IMG/VR virus record: IMGVR_UViG_3300034357_000099
Coordinates: 1 to 37,210 of that record
Source of the DNA: a virus
Taxonomy: Duplodnaviria; Caudoviricetes
Length of the DNA stretch: 37,210 bases
Direction: 5' to 3' (one strand)
Translations under genes and position numbers: made by a program
Notes under the pieces: model-generated
The model's database searches: none
Seen by the model: only the letters and a program-made list of their open reading frames with translations
What the model was told of the DNA's origin: nothing
Shown here: one piece after another, positions 8,178-15,077 of the stretch
How positions within the stretch are numbered: the stretch's first letter is position 1
Layout of the letters: each line of letters begins with the position of its first letter

Positions 8178-8769
8178 TGGTCGTGCCTTTCGGTTCGTAT
8201 ATATCAAGCCAGCCGTTGATTGTCGAACGGTCTAGCAATTCTGCTATGTCATGCCCAGCGGTATGCAGGGCTTCCAGTTTATTGATTGCCCTTGTCTTGG
8301 CCCTATCGGTCAATGGACGCTTGCGCTGCTTCCGCATTTCCACCCAACCCTGCCAAGCATCAACAGGAATGCAATCTGGTAGCGCAGCCTTATCTATATA
8401 TCTTGAAGGTTCTATTGAAGGTTCCGTGTCCCGTTTTTGGGACTGTTCCAACGGAAAAGCGGAACCGTTCCGTTCTTGGGACTGTTCCGTTCTTGGGACT
8501 GTTCCAATATTGGCTTGATATACCTTGATTTGCCCCGTCCTGCCAACGCGCTCACCAGTTTCGCAAATCCATCCATCACTGAGCAGCTTACCAATGTTTG
8601 AAATAACAGTTTTACGGTCTTGACCAGTAATCTGGCAAAGGTGCTTAATGCTAGGAAATATTTTGCCCGTTTGATAATTGGCACATTCGCAAAGAGCGAC
8701 CAGTGTAAATTTTACACTTGATGGTTTGACATCAGATTTAAAGGCCCATGCCAGTGCTTCACTGCTCAT
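8062..8769 (-). CDS. Replication initiator protein (N-terminal HTH, lambda O-like organisation)
   Basis: AWAFK...KFTLVALCECAN...IFPSIKHLCQITG HTH, a repeat-rich linker holding iterons, and C-terminal AWQGWVEMRKQRKRPLT...STINGW domain. Confidence 0.8.
   Translation of the reverse strand: MSSEALAWAFKSDVKPSSVKFTLVALCECANYQTGKIFPSIKHLCQITGQDRKTVISNIGKLLSDGWICETGERVGRTGQIKVYQANIGTVPRTEQSQERNGSAFPLEQSQKRDTEPSIEPSRYIDKAALPDCIPVDAWQGWVEMRKQRKRPLTDRAKTRAINKLEALHTAGHDIAELLDRSTINGWLDIYEPKGTTNARNSQHSTEPTNPMVRAVLASQAKRAADGQRLSDDWA
8431..8503. repeat. Iterons / putative replication origin inside the initiator gene
   Basis: Three copies of CCGTTYTTGGGACTGTT at 8431, 8470 and 8487, plus TTGAAGGTTC twice at 8403 and 8415. 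Confidence 0.75.
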
Positions 8770-9226
8770 TGGAAACCACCTTGACGCCCTTTTTAGAATT
8801 ACATGGTCTGCAAAGCGTTTGCAGATTATCTAAATCATCCGTCCCGCCTTTGGATTTTGGATAAATATGGTCAACAGACAAATCAATGTGGCTATCACAA
8901 TGTCTGCACCGATAGGCATCGCGCTCCATAACAGACTTGCGTAACGATGGCTTTAATTGGTGGCTTTTGTTTTTGGCTGAAGCAAAAGGCTCTATGTCGA
9001 AATCAGCTTCTTCGCATAAGGTTCGCATTAACCAACCACCCTTGCCATCTCCATATGGAAAAATTAATGCAAAGTGCGGGGCTAAAATCTTTGCTGCCAT
9101 ATAAACAGCATCTACTGCGGCATCCATTTTTTCTTGGTCTGCCATATGTAGGCGAGCGCAATATTCTTCGTAATCTTCATAACAAGATACGTCTTGCGTA
9201 TAGGTTTTGTGGCGTGTATTACTCAT
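8759..9226 (-). CDS. HNH endonuclease domain protein
   Basis: RDAYRCRHC...VDHIYPKSKGG...NLQTLCRPCNSKK. Start moved to ATG 9226 behind AGGAGG. Confidence 0.9.
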   Translation of the reverse strand: MSNTRHKTYTQDVSCYEDYEEYCARLHMADQEKMDAAVDAVYMAAKILAPHFALIFPYGDGKGGWLMRTLCEEADFDIEPFASAKNKSHQLKPSLRKSVMERDAYRCRHCDSHIDLSVDHIYPKSKGGTDDLDNLQTLCRPCNSKKGVKVVSNEQ

Positions 9227-9258
9227 TACAGCGATGCCTCCTAGATGGGCGTTGTTAG

Positions 9259-9299
9259 AGCGGGTCGAGTGCTTTTCTTGCCTTTCAGCACTCCCCGCT
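9259..9299 (-). promoter_or_regulatory. Long leader hairpin upstream of the HNH/initiator genes
   Basis: AGCGGG-GAGTGCT...AGCACTC-GA-CCCGCT bulged stem just downstream of a promoter-like motif. Confidence 0.55.
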
Positions 9300-9305
9300 C
9301 GCTCT

Positions 9306-9347
9306 CCTATAACCGACAATCGTGATTTATAAAAGCGTTTTTATCCA
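9306..9347 (-). promoter_or_regulatory. Putative leftward early promoter
   Basis: TGGATAAAAACGCTTTTAT-17 nt-TATAGG; the upstream part matches 9921-9940. Confidence 0.55.
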
Positions 9348-9692
9348 TCACTTCGTTTCGCGCAGATGGTAGTTTGGAAACAGCGCGATAAACACAGCGC
9401 GGCGCAAAGGCCAATCACGAACGATTACGCCCTTCACATCCTCAGTGACCCATATGCCATTTTCGTTATATTCAAAGTCAGACTTGTAGCCAACGCGCCT
9501 ACCATTCGGGTGCTTTAGCTGGCGACCATTAATCACGAACCAGTATTGCGGATGCACTGTCAGTTCAGTAATCTCACCAGCCGCTTGCAATGCGTGCAGT
9601 TCATTGCAGCGGATGGCTTCGCGTTTGCTGTCGTGCGTGTGACCTTCACCGCACTGCATCTTTACGGCGCGGTATTTACCAAAGCGCCTCAT
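9348..9692 (-). CDS. DUF1064 family putative endonuclease
   Basis: KYRA...HDSKREA...L..AGEI..L...Y.SDF.Y...EDVKG pattern. Confidence 0.85.
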   Translation of the reverse strand: MRRFGKYRAVKMQCGEGHTHDSKREAIRCNELHALQAAGEITELTVHPQYWFVINGRQLKHPNGRRVGYKSDFEYNENGIWVTEDVKGVIVRDWPLRRAVFIALFPNYHLRETK

Positions 9693-9694
9693 GC

Positions 9695-9901
9695 TTAATT
9701 TTCCAGCTTGGCTTTGACCAAGCGGTCAAGAGCGTGTTGCGCGGCAAGGAATGCGCTAAGGGTTGGTTCGCTGCGTTTGCTTTTCCAGTTGGACAGCGTG
9801 ACGCGAGTGATGCCAGCCTCTTTGGCAATCTGGTAAGCTCTGATTTTGTGCTCTTTTGCTAGCGTGTAAAGGTCTGAAACTGCTTGTGCGGTATAGTCCA
9901 T
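9695..9901 (-). CDS. XRE-family HTH regulator (Cro/CI-like)
   Basis: QIAKEAGITRVTLSNWKSKRSEPTL; first gene of the divergent control region. Confidence 0.85.
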   Translation of the reverse strand: MDYTAQAVSDLYTLAKEHKIRAYQIAKEAGITRVTLSNWKSKRSEPTLSAFLAAQHALDRLVKAKLEN

Positions 9902-9920
9902 TTAAATTTTCTTTCGATTG

Positions 9921-9963
9921 TGGATAAAAAACGCTTTTAATTTCCGTTTGTCGCGTTTACAAG
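9921..9963 (+). promoter_or_regulatory. Putative rightward early promoter
   Basis: TGGATAAAAAACGCTTTTAA-17 nt-TACAAG in an AT-rich divergent gap. Confidence 0.55.
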
Positions 9964-9992
9964 GGGTTTACAAAATAAAGAAGGCAAACACA

Positions 9993-10199
9993 ATGACACA
10001 ACCAAAATGCGCCGTTTGCGGCCATACCATGACTACCACTTTTGAATGCTTGCCATGCGACTTTGTTGAAATGGCAATCAATGCTGGCGCTTGCCATCCA
10101 AATTACGGGGAGCACCTAGCCGAGTTAATCGGTGACGTTATGACCATTCGTAATTGGTCGGCAGAGCCAATTCGTTATAAATTTCCACGTTTTGCATAG
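9993..10199 (+). CDS. Small Zn-ribbon protein
   Basis: CAVC...CLPC. Start moved to ATG 9993. Confidence 0.6.
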   Translation: MTQPKCAVCGHTMTTTFECLPCDFVEMAINAGACHPNYGEHLAELIGDVMTIRNWSAEPIRYKFPRFA

Positions 10200-10210
10200 G
10201 GAGAATATCA

Positions 10211-10771
10211 ATGCCAATTCATAAAAAACTTAATGAGGCACGGTTAGCGTTTCACGCGCTGCCACTAAAGAAATCAGGCCACAATACATTTGCTGGCTAT
10301 AAATACTTCGAACTTGCCGACTTTCTTGTGCCAGCCCTTAAAATCTTTAACGATGTTGGCTTGTGCGCCGTCATCAGCTTTTCTGAAAGCACTGCGTCGA
10401 TGCACATCGTCGATGTTGAGGATGGTAGCCAAGTGATTATTCACAGCCCAATGGGTTCAGCCAATCTTAAAGGTTGCCATGAGATACAGAACATCGGCGC
10501 TTGCGAGACATACAGCACCCGCTACCTTTGGACTGCCGCACTTTGCATTGTTGAGCATGACGCACTGGATGCCACCACGGGCGCAGAAAAAATTGCCGCT
10601 CCCGTTAAGTTCATCAGCAACAGCCAGTTTGCCGAATTGCAGAAGCTAATCGATGATACTAACACCGACTTGGCATTGCTTTGCAAGCACTACAAAATAA
10701 ACGCTCTCAAAGAATTGCAGGATAGCCGCTTTGATGCGGTCAAGGCTGCATTAGAAAAGAAACTAGCATGA
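10211..10771 (+). CDS. erf: ERF-family single-strand annealing protein
   Basis: KKSGHNTFAGYKYFELADF...IQNIGACETYSTRY...D motif; adjacent to an exonuclease. Confidence 0.85.
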   Translation: MPIHKKLNEARLAFHALPLKKSGHNTFAGYKYFELADFLVPALKIFNDVGLCAVISFSESTASMHIVDVEDGSQVIIHSPMGSANLKGCHEIQNIGACETYSTRYLWTAALCIVEHDALDATTGAEKIAAPVKFISNSQFAELQKLIDDTNTDLALLCKHYKINALKELQDSRFDAVKAALEKKLA

Positions 10772-11397
10772 CAGACGCAGCAATTATCCAGAGGTCAGCC
10801 CAATGGTTTGCAGCACGTTGTGGAAGCCTTGGCGCTTCCCAACTGGCTGACGCCCTAGCCAAGACTAAATCAGGCTGGGGAGCATCACGCGCTAACCTAC
10901 AGGCCAAGCTTGTGGTCGAAAGGCTAACAGGTCGGCAGGAAGAAAGCTTCACCAGCGCAGCTATGTTATGGGGAGTGGAAAAGGAAGAAGAAGCCAGAAC
11001 CGCCTACAGCTTCATGACGGGCAACGAAGTGCTTGAGGTGGGACTATATAAGCACCCAACCATCATTGGCACTCACGCCAGCCCTGACGGGCTTGTGGGC
11101 GACGATGGCTGCATAGAGATTAAATGCCCCAATTCCGCCACGCACATTGAAACGCTAAAGAGCAATCGAATTGCCAATAAATATATTATGCAGATGCAAT
11201 GGCAAATGATTTGCGCTGGCCGTCAGTGGTGCGACTTTGTAAGCTTCGACCCACGGATGCCAGACCATCTTATGCTTTATGTGCAGCGGGTAAAACGTGA
11301 TGCTGATATGCAAGCGTATTTGGAAACTGAAGTGGCACAATTCTTGCAAGAGGTTGAGGCGGACGTAAACGAATTACAAAAGAAAGGCACAGTATAA
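10768..11397 (+). CDS. Lambda-exonuclease / YqaJ family protein
   Basis: QRSAQWFAAR.G..GAS, ASPDGL, IEIKCP, QMQWQM, CDFVSFDPR. Confidence 0.93.
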   Translation: MTDAAIIQRSAQWFAARCGSLGASQLADALAKTKSGWGASRANLQAKLVVERLTGRQEESFTSAAMLWGVEKEEEARTAYSFMTGNEVLEVGLYKHPTIIGTHASPDGLVGDDGCIEIKCPNSATHIETLKSNRIANKYIMQMQWQMICAGRQWCDFVSFDPRMPDHLMLYVQRVKRDADMQAYLETEVAQFLQEVEADVNELQKKGTV

Positions 11398-11618
11398 TGG
11401 CACAATATGACAGAGTATTAGAGCACCTTCAAACTAAAGGCACATTGCAACCAATGTCCGCTTGGCGCGAACTTGGGGTTTATAGGTTAGCCGCACGCAT
11501 CAATGATTTGCGAAAGCTTGGGCATAAAATTAACACAAAAAAAGTTGAGGTCGTAAATCGCTGGGGCGAGGCATCTCACATTGCGGAATATAGTTTGGTG
11601 ACTGACAATGCTTCCTAA
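11397..11618 (+). CDS. Winged HTH protein
   Basis: VLEHLQ..G.L...AWRELGVYRLAARINDLRKLGHKI. Confidence 0.8.
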   Translation: MAQYDRVLEHLQTKGTLQPMSAWRELGVYRLAARINDLRKLGHKINTKKVEVVNRWGEASHIAEYSLVTDNAS

Positions 11619-11940
11619 CCGCATCGCAAAGAAGCCAAAGCGCAGTGCGCGATGGCGCTCAATAGGACACCTTAACTTTATTAGGGGATTTCATTGCGCT
11701 ATCAATGGCTGTCAAGATATGCCTATTGAATGCGCCCATGTTCGCTTTGGCAGCAACACAGGCATGGGGCAGAAGCCAGATGATTGGCGAGTAGTTCCAT
11801 TGTGCCGCACCCATCACAACCAGCAGCACACAGTCGGTGAGCAGACGTTCTGGAAAGGCATCGACGTTGAAGGGTTGATTGAAGCGTTTTGCAAAGCCAG
11901 CCCTAAAGCAGCGGAAATAAAAGAGGCGCAAAAAAGATGA
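11608..11940 (+). CDS. DUF968-like / HNH-like Zn nuclease
   Basis: HLNFIR...C...C...AHVR...KPDD...VPLCRTHH..QH. Confidence 0.75.
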   Translation: MLPNRIAKKPKRSARWRSIGHLNFIRGFHCAINGCQDMPIECAHVRFGSNTGMGQKPDDWRVVPLCRTHHNQQHTVGEQTFWKGIDVEGLIEAFCKASPKAAEIKEAQKR

Positions 11941-12308
11941 CGCAAACAGTTTGGCTTCGCGGTGAGCATCAAAGGCGATTAGCGCACCAGCTTATCGAAA
12001 AGGCTCCACAGGATGCAGTCGTAAAGGTAAGCGCAGCCAAGCGCAGTGATGACCAAAACGCAAAGATGTGGGCCATGCTGTCAGACATAAGTCGCGCAAA
12101 GCCAGAGGGCAGAGCGCATATACCAGAAGTGTGGAAGTGCATCTTTATGGCAGCACTAGGCCACGAAGTAAAATTTGAGATGGGGTTGGACAACCAGCCC
12201 TTCCCAATAGGGTTTAGGACATCAAAGCTAACCAAAGCACAGATGTCAGACCTGATTGAGTTTATCTACGCATATGCAAGCAAGCATGGCGTCAAATGGA
12301 GTGAATAG
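11937..12308 (+). CDS. ninB: NinB/Orf family recombination protein
   Basis: [18 protein letters not shown]...WK..F...RTSKL...MSDLIEFI.A....GV.WS. Confidence 0.9.
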   Translation: MTQTVWLRGEHQRRLAHQLIEKAPQDAVVKVSAAKRSDDQNAKMWAMLSDISRAKPEGRAHIPEVWKCIFMAALGHEVKFEMGLDNQPFPIGFRTSKLTKAQMSDLIEFIYAYASKHGVKWSE

Positions 12309-12309
12309 C

Positions 12310-12540
12310 ATGAGTGATACGGACGATATGTTGCGCCTCTTGATTGAGCGCATTGAGCGGATGGAAGAAGAAAAGAAAGGCGTTTCAGATGACATCAAAG
12401 GCATTTACGGCGAGGCCAAATCACATGGCTATGACGTTAAAATCTTGCGTGCCGTTATACGCCTTCGTAAGATGGAAAAGCACGAACGGGCAGAATATGA
12501 AGTCCTGCTTGAAACATACATGAACGCACTAGGCGGTTAA
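12310..12540 (+). CDS. gapR: GapR-like nucleoid-associated protein (DUF2312)
   Basis: [47 protein letters not shown]...[10 protein letters not shown]. Start moved to ATG 12310. Confidence 0.92.
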   Translation: MSDTDDMLRLLIERIERMEEEKKGVSDDIKGIYGEAKSHGYDVKILRAVIRLRKMEKHERAEYEVLLETYMNALGG

Positions 12541-12550
12541 GGAAAAGACT

Positions 12551-12937
12551 ATGCAGAATATCACAATATCAGGAAACGTAGGCAAGGATGCCGAATTGCG
12601 TGACACCCGCGACAGCAAGGTTCTCAGCTTTAATGTTGGCGTTAAGAATGGCTTTGGCAGGGATGCTGGCAGCGTTTGGTATCGGTGCAGCTTGTGGGGC
12701 AAGGCGGCGGAGGCATTTGCTGGCAGTCTAAAGAAAGGCACTAAGGTCTTTGTATCTGGTGAGCTGACGCATGACGAATACGAAGGCAAGCCACAGTTTA
12801 ATGTGCGGGTTGGCAGCATTGATACAGGCGGTGCTAGGGGTGAGCCAAGACCACTAGATGCGTCTGTTGACCCATCAAAGGGTGAGCATAGCACTTGGGA
12901 TAACAACCAAGACCTTGACGATAGCGTGCCATTTTGA
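12551..12937 (+). CDS. ssb: Single-stranded DNA-binding protein
   Basis: OB-fold motifs GNVGKDAELR, WYRCSLWG, LKKGTKVFVSG; acidic tail ending DDSVPF. Confidence 0.95.
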   Translation: MQNITISGNVGKDAELRDTRDSKVLSFNVGVKNGFGRDAGSVWYRCSLWGKAAEAFAGSLKKGTKVFVSGELTHDEYEGKPQFNVRVGSIDTGGARGEPRPLDASVDPSKGEHSTWDNNQDLDDSVPF

Positions 12938-12948
12938 GGTTAGCAAAT

Positions 12949-13179
12949 ATGATAACTAAATCCCGACCAGAGCTGCCAAAGCGCACAAGGAATATTCCGC
13001 CACCATCTGAATATTTGGAACATCGCTATCGGCAAAGCAATCAAGCAATAGCGGACAGCACGGCATCATTGCTCAAAGCGCAGTTAAAAGCTGGGCATCA
13101 TACGTTGACGCCAGAAAGCTTTAGGGCAGTGGTTAAAAAATACGGCTGGCAACACTGCTTACAACCTACGTTATTCTAA
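12949..13179 (+). CDS. Hypothetical protein
   Basis: ATG 12949 with GAGG RBS; followed by a terminator. Confidence 0.6.
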   Translation: MITKSRPELPKRTRNIPPPSEYLEHRYRQSNQAIADSTASLLKAQLKAGHHTLTPESFRAVVKKYGWQHCLQPTLF

Positions 13180-13183
13180 GCAA

Positions 13184-13220
13184 AATGGCGGGTGGCAATC
13201 AGCTTCCCGCCATTATTTTT
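13184..13220 (+). terminator. Rho-independent terminator
   Basis: AATGGCGGG...CCCGCCATT stem followed by ATTTTT. Confidence 0.7.
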
Positions 13221-13227
13221 ATAAAAT

Positions 13228-13320
13228 ATGAAAAAAGTGCTTTTCTTTCTGATTTAATTGTTTTAAAGATTGTGCATCAGCAAGGAGCATCGCTCCGCCA
13301 AATAAGGAAACCGACCATGA
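13228..13320 (+). promoter_or_regulatory. Promoter/leader element, copy A
   Basis: Similar to 7382-7474(-): AAAAAAGTGCTTTTCTTT ... GGAGC-ATC-GCTCC-GCCA ... TAAGGAAACCGACCATG. Confidence 0.7.
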
Positions 13321-13502
13321 TACATACAACTTCAACATTAAAATTTTGCCGCTGCTGCGGTGGCAAAGCTTATGGACGCAAGCGCGTTTGCAAAAGCTGC
13401 GGTGTTCCAGCAATTTGGGATAAAGCTAATACAGAGCAATTAGCTGAAGAAGCTGCTTGGGCAGTAACATTCGAAAAAATGCTTCAGGAGTTAAACGCAT
13501 GA
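13317..13502 (+). CDS. Small Zn-ribbon protein
   Basis: CRCC...CKSC. Start moved to ATG 13317 behind TAAGGA. Confidence 0.65.
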   Translation: MIHTTSTLKFCRCCGGKAYGRKRVCKSCGVPAIWDKANTEQLAEEAAWAVTFEKMLQELNA

Positions 13503-13660
13503 GAAAAATTCTAACCGCAGAAGAACGCATCGAGTTTTACAAAGGCGTAACTGAACGCCTTATGGAGCGCATAAAAAATGAAGGCTTAGGCGCTGACGTA
13601 AATATTGATGATGATGACTATGACGGTGGGCGTTATGACTTTTATACGACAAGGGGGTAA
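13499..13660 (+). CDS. Hypothetical protein
   Basis: ATGA overlap with the previous ORF; MRKILTAEERIEF... Confidence 0.6.
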   Translation: MRKILTAEERIEFYKGVTERLMERIKNEGLGADVNIDDDDYDGGRYDFYTTRG

Positions 13661-13661
13661 A

Positions 13662-13757
13662 ATGACTGCAACAACAAAAGCAAAGGTTTGGCTTTTCACA
13701 ATATGGTTAGCCACTATGATTTATATGCTTCTTACAGAAAGGCCCGAATGGTCATGA
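13662..13757 (+). CDS. 31 aa single-pass membrane peptide (not in ORF track)
   Basis: AAGGGGG RBS; MTATTKAKVWLFTIWLATMIYMLLTERPEWS; its stop overlaps the next ATG. Confidence 0.55.
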   Translation: MTATTKAKVWLFTIWLATMIYMLLTERPEWS

Positions 13758-13942
13758 CATTGATTGAACTTAGAGGCGTGGTCGCTGACCATGTAGAAAT
13801 GACGCACGGCAACCCAGAGTTTATTCGCCAGATTAGAGATGGTGAGCAGGATGATGGCCCGTTCATAATAGGAGCTTTGGCAGTTTGGGCCAAGTTTATG
13901 GAAGGCTTGCAGCCAGCGCCAGAGGTGCTTGCAGATGATTAA
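13754..13942 (+). CDS. Hypothetical protein
   Basis: Start moved to ATG 13754 (ATGA overlap); FIRQIRDGEQDDGPF. Confidence 0.6.
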   Translation: MTLIELRGVVADHVEMTHGNPEFIRQIRDGEQDDGPFIIGALAVWAKFMEGLQPAPEVLADD

Positions 13943-14081
13943 GCCAGCACAGGCAGCGCCTTTAGGCAGAGCTTATCGCGTATCATCCGAAAGCGCATTT
14001 CCGCTACGCAACTCAGAAGGCTTGACCTTTGCAGAAGCCAAGCGCCGCAGGGAACAGGAGGAAGCTAATGGCAAACGGTAG
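13935..14081 (+). CDS. Hypothetical 48 aa protein (not in ORF track)
   Basis: GAGGT RBS; MIKPAQAAPLGRAYRVSS...; overlaps both neighbours. Confidence 0.5.
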   Translation: MIKPAQAAPLGRAYRVSSESAFPLRNSEGLTFAEAKRRREQEEANGKR

Positions 14082-14271
14082 CACTAGTCCTTGGGATGCA
14101 GAATTGATTGCTAGGGCGGCTGGTTTAAAACGCGCTGGATTTAGCGCAAAGGAAATCGCCAAGCGACTAGGTGTGACTGCCTCCGCAGTGAGTGGTAAGA
14201 TGTCGCGCACAGGGGCTAAATCACCACCATATGAACGAAATGGCCGCAAACTATACAGGCAAAGCAAATGA
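14068..14271 (+). CDS. GcrA-like HTH protein
   Basis: WDAELIARAAGLKRAGFSAKEIAKRLGVTASAVSGKMSR resembles the GcrA N-terminus (W...L.....G.SA..IA..LG..RNAV.GK..R). Start moved to ATG 14068 behind GGAGG. Confidence 0.72.
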   Translation: MANGSTSPWDAELIARAAGLKRAGFSAKEIAKRLGVTASAVSGKMSRTGAKSPPYERNGRKLYRQSK

Positions 14272-14459
14272 TAAATGACAGGCACGTTTCAGCGGACATA
14301 ATGGCCGCAGCACTTAAAGCCTCCAAGACTGACCCGCTGGTGGAGGTGATGGGTGACTTGGGTTGGGATAGCGATGTCGCTACTGATTACGCCAGACAAC
14401 TTCGCGCCGCACTGGAAGCCCGTGGGCTGGAGATAAGGGAGCAAGGCAAATGCCGATAG
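14268..14459 (+). CDS. Hypothetical protein
   Basis: 63 aa ORF with ATGA coupling. Confidence 0.55.
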   Translation: MINDRHVSADIMAAALKASKTDPLVEVMGDLGWDSDVATDYARQLRAALEARGLEIREQGKCR

Positions 14460-14620
14460 TAAGGCGGTCTGTAATGATGTGGACGCCCGATAAGGACGCC
14501 GAGCTGCTAAAGTATTATGAGCATGGCTTAAGGCCAGCTTACATGAGCGCACAAATGGGGCTGACGATTGCATCCGTTGAGGGTCGCTATAGAAAACTAA
14601 AGAAGGGATTGAGCAAATGA
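14450..14620 (+). CDS. Second GcrA-N/Myb-like HTH peptide (56 aa, not in ORF track)
   Basis: MPIVRRSVMMWTPDKDAELLKYYEHGLRPAYMSAQMGLTIASVEGRYRKL; its stop overlaps the next ATG. Confidence 0.6.
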   Translation: MPIVRRSVMMWTPDKDAELLKYYEHGLRPAYMSAQMGLTIASVEGRYRKLKKGLSK

Positions 14621-14901
14621 TAGAGATATTAATTAACACAGGGTATTTTAATCACGACACCGCCACCGACTTCTTGCACAAGCTAGAGCAGCTTAGTCAT
14701 ACGGTGTATAAGAAGAAGGTGTTTGCCAATGGTCGCAGACCAAATAGCAGCCAACCTGTCACGCCAGACGTTGTTCAGGCCATGCGCGTATATTATGCAG
14801 CCAACCCAGAGGCAACGCAGCAAAAGATAGCGAACCAATTTAACGTCAACATTGGTCGCGTAAATGAGGCAATTAGGGAATTAAAGGAACCAGCAATATG
14901 A
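14617..14901 (+). CDS. HTH domain protein
   Basis: C-terminal NPEATQQKIANQFNVNIGRVNEAI. Confidence 0.7.
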   Translation: MIEILINTGYFNHDTATDFLHKLEQLSHTVYKKKVFANGRRPNSSQPVTPDVVQAMRVYYAANPEATQQKIANQFNVNIGRVNEAIRELKEPAI

Positions 14902-15077
14902 TGATTGATGTAGATGTAAGCCAGCTAGACGCCATCGTTCGCGCTTGGCTAAAGGAAACACTAAAGTCAGTGCAGTATAACGCCGCAGCGCATTACGTTC
15001 ATCCAGAAGATGCTGAGACATACAAAAAAGACATTCAATCTCTTAAATGGCTTCTAGAATATATTGGTGAAGATTAA
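14898..15077 (+). CDS. Hypothetical 59 aa protein (not in ORF track)
   Basis: AAGGA RBS; MMIDVDVSQLDAIVRAWL...IGED; converges on the late operon. Confidence 0.55.
   Translation: MMIDVDVSQLDAIVRAWLKETLKSVQYNAAAHYVHPEDAETYKKDIQSLKWLLEYIGED

Noticed and set aside
8431-8503. Mini CRISPR array
   Set aside because: Repeats are 17 bp, two abut with no spacer, and they lie in a coding linker; iterons fit better.
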